The notes below the pieces were generated by a model. The model did no database searches and was not told the DNA's origin. It was given only the letters and a program-made list of their open reading frames with translations. DNA of 64,000 nucleotides, taken from positions 1-64,000 of the forward strand of contig JAXMOL010000031.1 of NCBI GenBank assembly GCA_034669905.1, read 5' to 3'. The translations under genes and the position numbers were made by a program. This document shows, one piece after another, positions 18,121 through 28,543 of the stretch; the first letter of the stretch is position 1; each line of letters begins with the position of its first letter. This DNA comes from Candidatus Hydrogenedentota bacterium. GTDB lineage: Bacteria; Hydrogenedentota; Hydrogenedentia; Hydrogenedentales; JAEUWI01.

Positions 18121-20954
18121 GACCGGGGGCACTGCGCATCAATCACATGCTCGATGGCTTCGCGAAGGCGAATACCGGATACGGGCTTGTCAAGAAACAC
18201 CTTAATCATTTGGCTGTTGTTCTCAATTTCTTCACCGAGTGTGGCGCCGTACCCCGAACACAGGATCACGGGCACGTCTTCGCGCAATTCCGTTATCAGT
18301 CGGGCGAGTTCAATCCCGTTCAACGTGGGCATACTCAAATCCGTAATAACCACATCGACCGCCAGGGGGTCTTCGCGAAAGGCATCCGCTGCCGCCATAC
18401 TGTCCGAGTAGCCCGTCACCTCAAAGCCAAAGCACTTCAAAATTCGGCTCATACTATCCACAATGGGCGCTTCATCGTCGACAAAGAGAATTCGGGCGCG
18501 GGGTTTCCGTCCACGCTCGCCCTGGAGAATGATGGGCTCTTCCGATGAATCCTTGTCGGAGGGAAGGGACACCGACACCAGCGCGTCGTCTCGCTCCGCC
18601 CCGGGCTGGGTCGGGAAATAGATCCGGAAGGTAGTCCCCTGCCCGACAACACTCTCCACCTGTATCGCGCCCCGGTGCTGCTCCACCAGTCCATGTACCA
18701 TGGCCAATCCCAGGCCACTGCCGCTCCCTTGGTCACGGGTCGTAAAATAGGGTTCAAAGATGCGCTCCCGAACACGCTCGCTCATCCCGATGCCCGTATC
18801 TTCCACGCTCAGGCACATATACTCCCCGGGCATCAATCCAGACGTGGAGTCGGCCTTCTCGCTATCAACGCACACCAGGTGGAGTCCTACGCGGAGCGTC
18901 CCGCCCTCGCTCCCCATGGCATGACACGCATTGGAAGCCAGGTTCATAATAATCTGGTGGAGTTGCGTCGGATTCGCGACGATTGCACGTTGCTCGGAAC
19001 CAAAATCTGTCTCTACGTGGATGGCTGGCGAGAGGGAACCTTGTAAGAGACCCAGTACTTCATCCACGATGGGACGTACCTTGAGCGACTGCCGGGTCTG
19101 GTCCGTTTTCTGCCCAAAGGCTAGAATATGCGCCACCAATTCAGTGGCTCGGCGGCCCGATTGCTCAATCTCTTTCAGGCAATGCGAAACTTCGTGTTGA
19201 TCCGCCAGGTTCTGACGCGCCAGGCTGGCGTAGCCCAGGAGCGATTGTAGAATGTTGTTAAAATCATGGGCAATCCCCCCTGCCAGACGCCCGATAGCCT
19301 CCATCTTATGGGTCTGGCGCAATTGGTTCTGGAGCTCCGTCTCATGGGTCACGTCGCGCTGGATCACCACGAAGCTCGTCAAATGCCCGTCGTCGTCATA
19401 CAGGGGTGAAAGTGTTGCCTCCACTTGGATGGATTCGGTCCCCCCCTGGGGCAGGGTATAGGCCCCTTGCCACCGGCTCCCTTTTTTCAAGGCGCGGCGC
19501 ACGGCCTCCATCATGTCAAGTTCCCCACTTCCAAATGGAAAGATTGTATCGATGGAATGGCCTATGCAGTCTTCAGAGATGTGTCGGTTGATAGTGTGAA
19601 ACGCTGGATTCGTATATTGAATAGCACCTTGGGCGCCTGTAATCGCCATCCCCTCTTCGGCCTGCTCAATGGCGGCAGAAAGGCGACTCCGCGCTTGTTC
19701 TGCCTCCTTCCGCTCCGTGATATCGGACACGGTAATTCGGAGCAAGGACAGCGCGCCCTCGGCGTCGTTCATGCCCTCCAGGGAAACCAACCCCCAATAC
19801 AGCGTCCCATCTGAGCGCCGCATGCGCAGTTCATCAACCGCAATGCTACGGCCTTTTCCGATCTGTCCTATCTGCTGACGCACCCACGTCCGGTCCGCTT
19901 CCGTGATAAAAAACTCAAAGAGGCTTTTCCGATATAAGATTTCCTTGGAATAGCCCGTCATCGACTCCGCCACCTGGTTCGACGCCTCAATAACGCCGTT
20001 GGGCCAGGCAGAAAAATAGGCGACCGGAGCGTGGTCAAAGAGATGCTGATACTGGGCCTGACTGGTGCGGAGCGCACGCTTCCGTCGCCCCAACACATGC
20101 TCCAAACCGGCCAGTAACACCCCCACAAAAATTGCAATCGGAAGCAGGAAGTGGTGCTTCTCGAAGGGGTGGTGGGCGTAGAACTCCGCCGATGGCGTAA
20201 GGTAGAGTTGCCAGGGCTGATCCAGAACCTCGATTTCAACCGCCTTGGCTTCCGATGCGACGGAATGAGATGGGTCCCCATCGACCGGGTAAATTCGCTC
20301 GCCGCCTGGCTCTCGGATGGCGACTTCAAACTTCTGACCCAATTCAATTCGGCCGAGGCAGGTTTCCACCAACTCGTTTACCCGAAAAACCGCGTTGATG
20401 AATCCCGCGTGCCGTCCATCCTCCTCGAAAATCGGCCAGTAGGTCGCGAACCCCTTTCCCCCCTGAATCAGGTCGATAAACGCCGGCGTCCGAGTGGGCT
20501 GCCGGGTTTCGACCGCCCGTGCCACAGCCTCGCGCACCTCGGCCAGGGGATAGTCATGCAGATTGACATCCTGGACCAATTCATTGCCCTCAAGTGGGAC
20601 TACCACCCGAATGACCCAATCGGGGTCAATCCAATTGATGGCCTGATAGCCGGGAAACATCTGGACAATCTGTCCCGCGTCCCGTTCGTAGCGCCCCGGA
20701 TTGTCGGCGTAATCCCCTTCCCATTTCGCAGCAAAGTAGGCGGACAAGTTCATGCGGTCGCCGATCCAATCAGACAATCGACGACCCGCCTGTTCCGCGG
20801 TGACGTCGATTTCCAGCTGCATCTGGGCGCGATGGCTATGCTCTTCAATCGCCCACAGGGCCCCACCGATCCCCGTGGAGATCAGGAACGCCAGCGCCGG
20901 CCGTATCGTCTGGCGCCAGGAGGATGGATCGTTTTCGTGAATCGATGTGGTCAC
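18117..20954 (-). CDS. Hybrid sensor histidine kinase (CHASE-like, 2x PAS, HisKA, HATPase, REC)
   Basis: Two TM segments; AGGIAHDFNNIL H-box; NLASNA, DTGIGM and GSGLGL boxes; receiver FVDDE...TDLSMP...KP. Confidence 0.92.
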   Translation of the reverse strand: MTTSIHENDPSSWRQTIRPALAFLISTGIGGALWAIEEHSHRAQMQLEIDVTAEQAGRRLSDWIGDRMNLSAYFAAKWEGDYADNPGRYERDAGQIVQMFPGYQAINWIDPDWVIRVVVPLEGNELVQDVNLHDYPLAEVREAVARAVETRQPTRTPAFIDLIQGGKGFATYWPIFEEDGRHAGFINAVFRVNELVETCLGRIELGQKFEVAIREPGGERIYPVDGDPSHSVASEAKAVEIEVLDQPWQLYLTPSAEFYAHHPFEKHHFLLPIAIFVGVLLAGLEHVLGRRKRALRTSQAQYQHLFDHAPVAYFSAWPNGVIEASNQVAESMTGYSKEILYRKSLFEFFITEADRTWVRQQIGQIGKGRSIAVDELRMRRSDGTLYWGLVSLEGMNDAEGALSLLRITVSDITERKEAEQARSRLSAAIEQAEEGMAITGAQGAIQYTNPAFHTINRHISEDCIGHSIDTIFPFGSGELDMMEAVRRALKKGSRWQGAYTLPQGGTESIQVEATLSPLYDDDGHLTSFVVIQRDVTHETELQNQLRQTHKMEAIGRLAGGIAHDFNNILQSLLGYASLARQNLADQHEVSHCLKEIEQSGRRATELVAHILAFGQKTDQTRQSLKVRPIVDEVLGLLQGSLSPAIHVETDFGSEQRAIVANPTQLHQIIMNLASNACHAMGSEGGTLRVGLHLVCVDSEKADSTSGLMPGEYMCLSVEDTGIGMSERVRERIFEPYFTTRDQGSGSGLGLAMVHGLVEQHRGAIQVESVVGQGTTFRIYFPTQPGAERDDALVSVSLPSDKDSSEEPIILQGERGRKPRARILFVDDEAPIVDSMSRILKCFGFEVTGYSDSMAAADAFREDPLAVDVVITDLSMPTLNGIELARLITELREDVPVILCSGYGATLGEEIENNSQMIKVFLDKPVSGIRLREAIEHVIDAQCPRS

Positions 20955-21171
20955 GTCGGCAGCAACTCCTGGACTAAAACCCTCATGGACAGGATAGCCC
21001 GTCTACATCTGGGAGCACCAGGCACAGCAGGGGCCAATCAGGGGAAAAACAGTCATTGCACCGAAATGCCCCCGTCATCAGCTAGTATCCTAGCGCATTT
21101 ACAGGTAAAGAATCACTTACAATTTTAACCCCTGTTCCGGGGCCAAAACCTCCCGGGAGAGCACCACTTTC

Positions 21172-23718
21172 CTATCGGATTTCTGCGCAGCGCTCCAGGA
21201 AATAGTTGCCACTCAGGTCCCGATCGCTGAAGGACAGGTAGTAAAGCCAGTCCGCCGCCTCATAGAGGATGACCTCCCCCACATCTGCCTGGTAGGAGAG
21301 CACCTTACAGATCAGGGCCTCGCGTGCTGCCCGCGCCACATCGTAATCTTTGCGCCGCAGGGTGTATTGGGCTTCGAAAAAGAAACTGCGGGCTCCGCGG
21401 AAGGAAGAGCCCCGATTGTCGGATAAATCGGCGATATTGGCTTCAAAATGGACCGTGAACGGGGCCATATCAGGCACGTCGCGAATACCGAAGAGCACCG
21501 GCTCGGTCTGCAGTCCCGTCAGGTCTACCATGGCCATGCCCTCTCCGATACTCGGGATATGATTAATGGTGGACCACACGCCGCCATAGCCCCGTCCGTA
21601 TACCGTGCCGTCGGGGCGCGGCAGGGCTTCCAGGGCATCCTTCACCTGGAGCGTAGCCGACGCACTCAGGGGGAACACGGCCCGGGTCCGCACGCCGGGG
21701 AAGGCCGACTCTAAATCGAAGAGCAAACTGCGCACCCCATCCGCCACGGCCTTGTTGCGCGCGTAGCGCCAGCGGAAAGGCGAGTCGGGCTGTTGACACT
21801 CCGCGTCCCACTCGCCGGGCTGCCAGGTGGTGATGCGTTCGACCCGCTCGGGGTCGGCCGCCCATTCGCGCAGCACCGGGTCATGGGCCACGGAGATAGG
21901 TGCATAGGCCCGGTCGATGCCCAGGTGCGTATAGCCCTTATGGGCCTGCCGATAGTGGACCCGGGTCTTGAGACCCTCATCGCCATCGCCCTGATAGGCA
22001 GAAAGCTGGACGTGGGACCGGGTATTGATGAAGAGTTCATCGAAGGCGGGCAGGTCGAGAAGGGTCTTCATCTCCTTGACGACATTCTCGCGCATCTTCG
22101 GTTGGTTGAGATCGAGCATCTCGACGGACCACGGCTCCCCCAGATCGATGACCAGGAGACGGCCCTTAAGTGCGGTGCGTGCTTCGCCCTTTTGATAGAG
22201 GTGAAGGTAGCCCGATTCGGTGGCGTTAAACTCCGTGGCCTGATTGACGGTGTTCGGGATTCCCGGGACGCGGGTCATTTCGGAGGTCGCGGGATCATCA
22301 TCCAGCACCCAATAGACGTTCTCACGGCCAATGGCGTTTCCCGCCTGGGCGAAGAGCTTCACGGGCTCCAGCGTGGGAAAGTCCAGGGCCTCTTCGGCAT
22401 CTGCGGGATTGCTGAGGATGAGGTAGCGCACGTCGCTGGCCACGTCAATACCGTCAATGTGCAGGGTGTCCCCCTCCAGGCTCAGGGACAAGGTATCCAG
22501 GGTGGACAACTGGGCGTTGGCCGTATCGGCAAATCCGGCAAACTTCACCAGGTCAAAACTACCGTCGGCCTGGCGCTGGAGCACCAGGGAGTCGGCCACG
22601 AGGGGTGGGTATTGGGACGCGACGATTTGAAGATTGTCCCCTTCGGCCTGAAAGCGCTCCAGGAAAGCCGCCCCGTTGGTAACACCCGGCACGGAAATGC
22701 GCCCAATTCGCCCTTTTTCCGCCATGCCCATTTTATCGAGGATGGTGCGGTAGTGGGCAAAGGAAGTCTCTTCGGTCTGGTAGTTGATGGTGGGCGTGGC
22801 CATGGGCAGGAAGCCCCACAGAAAGCTTCCATCCTGATCGAAGGTCGGTAACTCGTAATATTTGGTCAGGGCGGGCTCAAAAGGACGAAAGCTCGCCGTG
22901 AGCCGGATGCCATGGTCCATGGCACTCTGGGAGAGTATGGGGCCAAAATCGCGCATGAGCCGATAGGCATTGAGCTGGCGGATCCAGTCCCAGGAAAGGT
23001 GCAAGCCCCAATGGCCTTTCTCGGCCCCCTTCTTCCGTTCGTCGATTAACTGGAGGAAGTTGGGACTCTCGTTCAAGGCCTTGGCCTGCGCTTCATAGCG
23101 TGCCCAGTCTTCCGGCGCGTAGTTTTCCGGATCCGTGATGTAGGGCATGGGACTGAGCCACAGAATAAGCCTATCCACGCCATGGAGCTGGCAGCGGCGG
23201 AAGTACTGGTCGAAGGCATCCTTCGTCACCGGCAGCCAACTGCCATCCCCCGTGTTGTTGAAGATGCGGATGAGGTCATCGCCAAAGTCGGCCAGGTAGG
23301 ACAAGGGACGGGCGGGCGGCGCGGGGAGAATGGACAGGGTCTGGGTTTCGGTCACACCGTCGGGCAGGGAAAGGGTGATTTCGAGTTGGAAAAGGTACTC
23401 CGGCGCATCGGGCTCGGATACGATGCGGAGCTGACCACCTTCCGTCATATCGAGCCGCAACCCGGGCAGCGCAATGGTGTCGCCTTCCGCCAGGGTTGCC
23501 GCATCATCTTTGGCGATGAAGGTCACGCCACTCCCCGCAGGCAAGGGCCGCGCGAATATGGGCCAGGTGCGGGTGTTTCCTTCCGCGTAGGGAAAGGGCA
23601 CTTCCGTGTTACGCGGTGCGAGGTAGGACTCGGCGGCGAAGGCGGGTGGCGTGGAAAGGACATAAACGACGGAAAGGACGAAAAGGACCATGTAGTACAG
23701 GGGAAAAGTCTTGGGCAT
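21172..23718 (-). CDS. Conserved-looking secreted hypothetical protein (possible TIM-barrel glycosidase-like)
   Basis: 848-aa ORF with signal peptide and host-like GC-rich codon style. Confidence 0.65.
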   Translation of the reverse strand: MPKTFPLYYMVLFVLSVVYVLSTPPAFAAESYLAPRNTEVPFPYAEGNTRTWPIFARPLPAGSGVTFIAKDDAATLAEGDTIALPGLRLDMTEGGQLRIVSEPDAPEYLFQLEITLSLPDGVTETQTLSILPAPPARPLSYLADFGDDLIRIFNNTGDGSWLPVTKDAFDQYFRRCQLHGVDRLILWLSPMPYITDPENYAPEDWARYEAQAKALNESPNFLQLIDERKKGAEKGHWGLHLSWDWIRQLNAYRLMRDFGPILSQSAMDHGIRLTASFRPFEPALTKYYELPTFDQDGSFLWGFLPMATPTINYQTEETSFAHYRTILDKMGMAEKGRIGRISVPGVTNGAAFLERFQAEGDNLQIVASQYPPLVADSLVLQRQADGSFDLVKFAGFADTANAQLSTLDTLSLSLEGDTLHIDGIDVASDVRYLILSNPADAEEALDFPTLEPVKLFAQAGNAIGRENVYWVLDDDPATSEMTRVPGIPNTVNQATEFNATESGYLHLYQKGEARTALKGRLLVIDLGEPWSVEMLDLNQPKMRENVVKEMKTLLDLPAFDELFINTRSHVQLSAYQGDGDEGLKTRVHYRQAHKGYTHLGIDRAYAPISVAHDPVLREWAADPERVERITTWQPGEWDAECQQPDSPFRWRYARNKAVADGVRSLLFDLESAFPGVRTRAVFPLSASATLQVKDALEALPRPDGTVYGRGYGGVWSTINHIPSIGEGMAMVDLTGLQTEPVLFGIRDVPDMAPFTVHFEANIADLSDNRGSSFRGARSFFFEAQYTLRRKDYDVARAAREALICKVLSYQADVGEVILYEAADWLYYLSFSDRDLSGNYFLERCAEIR

Positions 23719-23959
23719 GAAAATTAATCCTTGGGTTCACTGTCTACCATGCGGGCTTGGAGGTCGGGCGTGGGTCTGCGCCTGGCGCAACGTCACCAAA
23801 ATGGAATTTCGGTTCTCTTCCAACGCATCTCCCCCCCCTGGACTCATGAACTAAGCGTAACAAAGGAGTCGCCCCATAAGCACTACCATTTTGGAATAGG
23901 ATCGCCAATTTGAATCTCGTCAATACGGAGGGTTCAAAGGGCGATTTCCGTCCCAATGT

Positions 23960-24042
23960 ATCCGTGTTATCCGATTTATCCGTGGTCCATCGTTTAATTG
24001 GGGCCAACATTATTCGTGTATATTCGTGTTCATTCGTGGTTC
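23960..24042. repeat. Two periodic 3-unit repeats (ATCCGTG.. and ATTCGTG..GGTT types)
   Basis: ATCCGTGTTATCCGATTTATCCGTGGTC (23960-23987) and ATTCGTGTATATTCGTGTTCATTCGTGGTTC (24012-24042); same families as 33797-34044 and 56445-56472. Confidence 0.7.
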
Positions 24043-24076
24043 TGAATATTGGGTTGTGGCGAATGGTTGCGATTGC

Positions 24077-25297
24077 CTATCGTTCCCCGCCAGGACGAAT
24101 AGACTTGCGAAATCCCACCACCCGATGAAAAGTCTCATAGTTGGCGTCGTGGAAGTTGTGCGCATTGCCCCAGGCGGTGCGGCTGACAAAAATTATATCG
24201 TCGCCTTCAATCAGCCACTCCGGATACTGGAAGCCCACCTTCTCCCCATCGGGGTGTTCCAACAACACGCGCCCGACGGTCCAGTTCACCAAGTCGGGCG
24301 AGGAGGAGAGTACCAGTTTGTTGCGTACTATCCCCTCTTCGCGCCGGTCGTTGACCACGGACCAGTACCGCTGGCTCACGGCGTCGTAGCGAATGGAGAA
24401 CTTGCTCGTGCCGCCGGGGAAATCAACGAAACCCTTCTCCGGGTCAAAGGTCAGGGTGGTGCCATCGTCGGATACCTGGATGATGGCAGCCGATTCGCTG
24501 CGATAGGCGGCGCGGAGCATGAGCTGGACCTGGCCCTCGGGCGTCGCCACCACATTCCCCTCCAGCCAGCCCAGGCCGGGTAGGTAATCGTTCAGCAAGA
24601 GGTCGTTGCTCACCGTCCAGCTTGCGGCGTCGAGCAAGTCGGCATCCACCGGCGCGGACATGACGAAGGCCCGATACTCCCGGCTGTCTCCCCCCGCCAT
24701 ATCGGGGTCGGACTTTTCCATGGCCCGCCAGAGGCGTCCCTTGTGGACGAGGATAGGCGTGGCCCCGGAACTGAAGTTTCCGCCTGTAGCTATACGACCG
24801 GTCTTCTGGTCTGCCGGGAAGGACCAGGTCGCTCCCCCATCCTCCGAGCGCCGAATACCCACGAAGGCATCGGGCCCCACGATGCAGCCACCGAGGATAT
24901 AGACCGCGTCCTTATGGACGAATAGGGACGACTCGTACTGCCCCTTGAAATCGACGTCCACCGGATTCCAGGAATCCCCCCGGTCCGACGAGCGGAACAG
25001 GTAGGTCTTCAGGAGACGGTGGCCGGGCCCGAAGGCATCATGAGAAGCGAGATAGTCGCCGTTGGGCAGGATGGCGAGGCTCGGATTGCCGATGTAGTCC
25101 TGGGATTCGGCGGGGTAGTGATCGATGACCACACCGGGCGGCGGAATCGGCAACTCAAGATCATCGGCGCAAATCGGCCACGAAAGCAGCGACAGACCAC
25201 AAACGGAAATTATCGCTCCTAACAACGCCCTAACGAAAAGAGTTTGAATGAGGCCGCCGGAACTCTTGGGCGGATTTCTAGCGAAACAATGCTGCAT
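24077..25297 (-). CDS. BNR/Asp-box sialidase-like beta-propeller protein (start uncertain)
   Basis: Asp boxes SSDRGDSW, SEDGGATW, SDDGTT and SSPDLVNW; GFQYPEW. Confidence 0.8.
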   Translation of the reverse strand: MQHCFARNPPKSSGGLIQTLFVRALLGAIISVCGLSLLSWPICADDLELPIPPPGVVIDHYPAESQDYIGNPSLAILPNGDYLASHDAFGPGHRLLKTYLFRSSDRGDSWNPVDVDFKGQYESSLFVHKDAVYILGGCIVGPDAFVGIRRSEDGGATWSFPADQKTGRIATGGNFSSGATPILVHKGRLWRAMEKSDPDMAGGDSREYRAFVMSAPVDADLLDAASWTVSNDLLLNDYLPGLGWLEGNVVATPEGQVQLMLRAAYRSESAAIIQVSDDGTTLTFDPEKGFVDFPGGTSKFSIRYDAVSQRYWSVVNDRREEGIVRNKLVLSSSPDLVNWTVGRVLLEHPDGEKVGFQYPEWLIEGDDIIFVSRTAWGNAHNFHDANYETFHRVVGFRKSIRPGGER

Positions 25298-25298
25298 T

Positions 25299-26954
25299 CT
25301 AGGATTTTCGATTCACGTGCGCAGAGATCTTGGTCTTGGTCCTTGCCTCTTTAAAAAAGCGATTGAATGAAAAGGTCTCGTCTCGTTCTTGCTCCGCTTG
25401 GACAACTTCAGAAACAGATTTCACTGCCGCCTTGAGCAAAGTCTTCACACTGTCAAAGTCTTGGGCGTTCATTTTCTTCTTTACACATATTTCGCTGATA
25501 GCATATAGCACGTGATAGGCCCCATCTACTAGAAAGAAATTCTTTTTGTTGAAATTCTCCTGCCTCCGTATGGACGCACGCACCTTTAGCTTCTCTGCTT
25601 CAACAATTTCCAAGAGCCTGTATGCGACGAGTAGTTGCTCCGCAGTGATATCGTCAGAGAACACTTGGTCGTAGAGATCGGAGAACACCCGTCCGCGATC
25701 TTTTTTAGCTACCTCTGGCATGCCCAAACCATAAGCCAAGAACGCTTGCCCTGCGACCAGCGCGTCTATTCTTTCAGATCGGGGAAAATCCCTGAATTGC
25801 TTTGACTTTCGCTCGTAGTGGAAGCCCATACTCATAAACGATTCCGCGAGCTTTTTTTGAACATCATCGTTCGAACGTAGGTCACGAGATTTAATCGGGG
25901 TTTGACTATTTGTAGATTCCGCAATTGAAATGCCTACGGGCTTGGACTTCGTTTCGATGATCCTAACTAGAACAAGAACATCCTCCAGCTTATCAGATTC
26001 CTGTTGATTGGCTTCGAACAAAGCATGGGAGGTCTGTCCACCATTAACGATTTGAACGTTTTCAAGCTCCACCGTGGGGGCTCTTTTGCCCGCTGGGAAT
26101 GAAAAAGAGTCACATGTGATCGTGATCCCGTTGTTCAAGTACCAGAAGAGCACGTTCTGATCAGATAGCGCTGTCTCCATGATACGCCTGTTTATTCGAT
26201 TCGTCCGATTTAGATAGACTCTGACATTATCATTGAAGATCTCTTCTCGCACCCGAGTAACATCGTCTGGATCAGTAATCAGTTCCACAATCTTAGACGC
26301 CTCGACCGTGCATATTAGCCCTCGCACATGACCGTCGCTGCGCTCAAAGTAGTTTCTGTCTACCACTAGCAGGCGGCTATCTATTTTTGGGGTCTTTTTT
26401 TCGACAAACAACCGGGCTATCGTATCAATAGAGTGATGGTGAACGTTAAAATAGTTAAATTTGCCCAGTGCATTTTCGGCACGCGTCTTCTGCTCATCAC
26501 ACATTCCAGCAAGATTTCCGCAAAAGTGTACTTCTATACTCGGCTTTGGTCTTTCTAAAGCATCCCAAATTTCTTTCACTTTGTTCCAAAGAAGCGGGTT
26601 ACAGTTGTCTTCCAGCGTCTTATCTTCATCCAAAACATCGGTAAAAAATGAAACCAATTTGTCAATCTCGTTGCTTGGAAAGTTCTTCTTTGTACCTAAA
26701 AATGTATTTACATATTTGAACTGAAATACATGGATTGAATTGCTTCCATCTCTGTCATCGACAAATACCGCGTCTACCCCCCGATCATTGCCTCCATCTG
26801 TTATCGCGTCTTGTGCTTCCTCTTCACTCACATCTAAAATTGTCGCAACCATAAGCACCGAGAACGCCTTCTGAGGGGTATCTAGCCCCAAGTCGCGATC
26901 GACATAGCCCTTTACCTTCAAATGAAGAACATTCCAATCCAACTTATTAGCCAT
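25299..26954 (-). CDS. AIPR-family (abortive infection phage resistance) protein
   Basis: N-terminal DGGNDRGVDA...FQFKY nuclease-like motif; FNDNVRVYL, FWYLNNGITI, QIVNGGQTS and TNSQTPIKSRDLRSND; visibly AT-rich; GAGG RBS before ATG 26954. Confidence 0.9.
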   Translation of the reverse strand: MANKLDWNVLHLKVKGYVDRDLGLDTPQKAFSVLMVATILDVSEEEAQDAITDGGNDRGVDAVFVDDRDGSNSIHVFQFKYVNTFLGTKKNFPSNEIDKLVSFFTDVLDEDKTLEDNCNPLLWNKVKEIWDALERPKPSIEVHFCGNLAGMCDEQKTRAENALGKFNYFNVHHHSIDTIARLFVEKKTPKIDSRLLVVDRNYFERSDGHVRGLICTVEASKIVELITDPDDVTRVREEIFNDNVRVYLNRTNRINRRIMETALSDQNVLFWYLNNGITITCDSFSFPAGKRAPTVELENVQIVNGGQTSHALFEANQQESDKLEDVLVLVRIIETKSKPVGISIAESTNSQTPIKSRDLRSNDDVQKKLAESFMSMGFHYERKSKQFRDFPRSERIDALVAGQAFLAYGLGMPEVAKKDRGRVFSDLYDQVFSDDITAEQLLVAYRLLEIVEAEKLKVRASIRRQENFNKKNFFLVDGAYHVLYAISEICVKKKMNAQDFDSVKTLLKAAVKSVSEVVQAEQERDETFSFNRFFKEARTKTKISAHVNRKS

Positions 26955-27032
26955 TCTTGCCACCTCAAAATTGTCTATTTTCTATTGAAAATTGTTCGCC
27001 TGTGAAAGCCCTAGCCAAAAGGCGGATCCAGG

Positions 27033-28253
27033 TCAGAATCCCAATTGCTCTTTCATCCAGCCCCGCACCGCCATCTGCGCCGCATCTACACTGCCGCCGC
27101 CCGCTTCAATGAGCACGAAGTCCTGGGCGCGGATGAGGCGCTTCTGCCATTCGTCCCGGGTCGCGTCTTCCCCTTCGAGGGAAGCGGCGAGGGAGGGCGG
27201 CACGGCGACCACATCCCATTCCTGAAAGCCGAAGCTGAGGGAATAACTCAGTATCCAGCCGAATTCGTGAAGGAAGGCTTCGGGGCTCTCGGAGGTGGCG
27301 CTCGCGGGCACGGCGATGAAGACCAGGTTGTATTTCTTGTCGCGGACACCTTTGGCGGCCGTCTCAATTTCCGCGATGCTTTGGCCTTCCACAATCCACG
27401 GCACCATGGTCACCGGAGAATCAGGCGCCAAATCGGTGAGCAGCTCGTTGATAATGGTGTCGTAGGGCGGCATGGCGAGTATCTTGAGGGGTTGCTTGGT
27501 GGCGATGCGGTCTCGGGTGTGAAACAAGGCCTGCCGGGGCGCAGGCACGTAAGCAAGCTCAATATCCTTGCCCGTCGCCGTCGTGACGATAGTCTCCGCG
27601 ATTTGTTTGTGGCCCCCCATGTTGGGGTGAATTTCATCGCTCATGAGCATGGCCCATTCAAAGGAACTCTCGGCGCGTACCGCCTCGAAGGCCCCGTAAC
27701 AATCGGCCAGGGGGGCCTTCATCTCGGCGGCTACCTCGCGCACGACGGCGACATAGGTCAACAAGGTCTCGGTCGGACGGCTCGGCGTATCGGTGACGTT
27801 GTTGGGCGTACACAACATGACCTCGGCCCCGACAGCCCGGCACTTTTCGACAATCGTCTTGAGGTTGGCGCGGTAGTCGTCCAACGGTACGCGCGTCATG
27901 TCGTTGAGGCCAAACATGACCGTTACCAGGTCGGGCCTCCGGGCAATCACATCCTTATCGATTCGGGCCAGGGCATTCACCGTGGTGTGGCCGCTGATAC
28001 CCGCATTCATGGCAGTGATGTCCGACTCGGGCCAGGCCATCTCAAGGCCGATTTCGACCATGTCGGTGTAGGCCCGCTGACCACCCGTGTGGTAATAGAC
28101 GCCCGTGACGCTGTCGCCGAAGCAAACGACATTGACGGGCTCGTTGGCCGCTATCTTCGCCGCAAGTTTGGGAAAGGCCGCCTCGGCGTGGGCGAAGGTG
28201 GTGAATGATAGGACATAAAGGACGGAAAGGACATATGGGACGTATTTTTTCAT
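27033..28253 (-). CDS. Secreted SGNH/GDSL hydrolase
   Basis: FGDSVT, NAGISG, MFGLND and DEIHPN blocks; signal peptide. Confidence 0.9.
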   Translation of the reverse strand: MKKYVPYVLSVLYVLSFTTFAHAEAAFPKLAAKIAANEPVNVVCFGDSVTGVYYHTGGQRAYTDMVEIGLEMAWPESDITAMNAGISGHTTVNALARIDKDVIARRPDLVTVMFGLNDMTRVPLDDYRANLKTIVEKCRAVGAEVMLCTPNNVTDTPSRPTETLLTYVAVVREVAAEMKAPLADCYGAFEAVRAESSFEWAMLMSDEIHPNMGGHKQIAETIVTTATGKDIELAYVPAPRQALFHTRDRIATKQPLKILAMPPYDTIINELLTDLAPDSPVTMVPWIVEGQSIAEIETAAKGVRDKKYNLVFIAVPASATSESPEAFLHEFGWILSYSLSFGFQEWDVVAVPPSLAASLEGEDATRDEWQKRLIRAQDFVLIEAGGGSVDAAQMAVRGWMKEQLGF

Positions 28254-28312
28254 GTCGTGCTGATCTTTCTGTATATCGCTTGGACACCGCCTCAGCGGCA
28301 TCCGGTGATGTC

Positions 28313-28487
28313 GGGTGCCACCCTCAAACGGAGGAGCGCAGCGGGGGAAGTTTGTGGGTGCGCTGGCTTCACGCCTGAAACCGTGCTACGTTGTTTTTAT
28401 GTTGTGGTCGAGAGGTGTCTCCGTTCCCGTACAGTCTTATCACCCACAAGCGGGCCGGCTTAGCCGCCCCGCTTGAGGGTGGCACCC
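28313..28487. repeat. REPIN-like inverted REP doublet
   Basis: GGGTGCCACCCTCAAACGG...TTGTGGGTG (28313-28360) inverted with CACCCACAA...CCGCTTGAGGGTGGCACCC (28441-28487); outer arms match 18/19. Confidence 0.75.
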
Positions 28488-28543
28488 ATGGTTTCGCTTT
28501 TTGGCCAAGTCGCCATTGAGCAAGCGCCATTCGGACAGGCCCT

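Noticed and set aside
25205..25301. Integron attC site downstream of AIPR (GTTAGGG and GTTAGGA on the minus strand)
   Set aside because: No proper RYYYAAC inverse core or convincing extended palindrome, and no integrase or second cassette; at best degenerate
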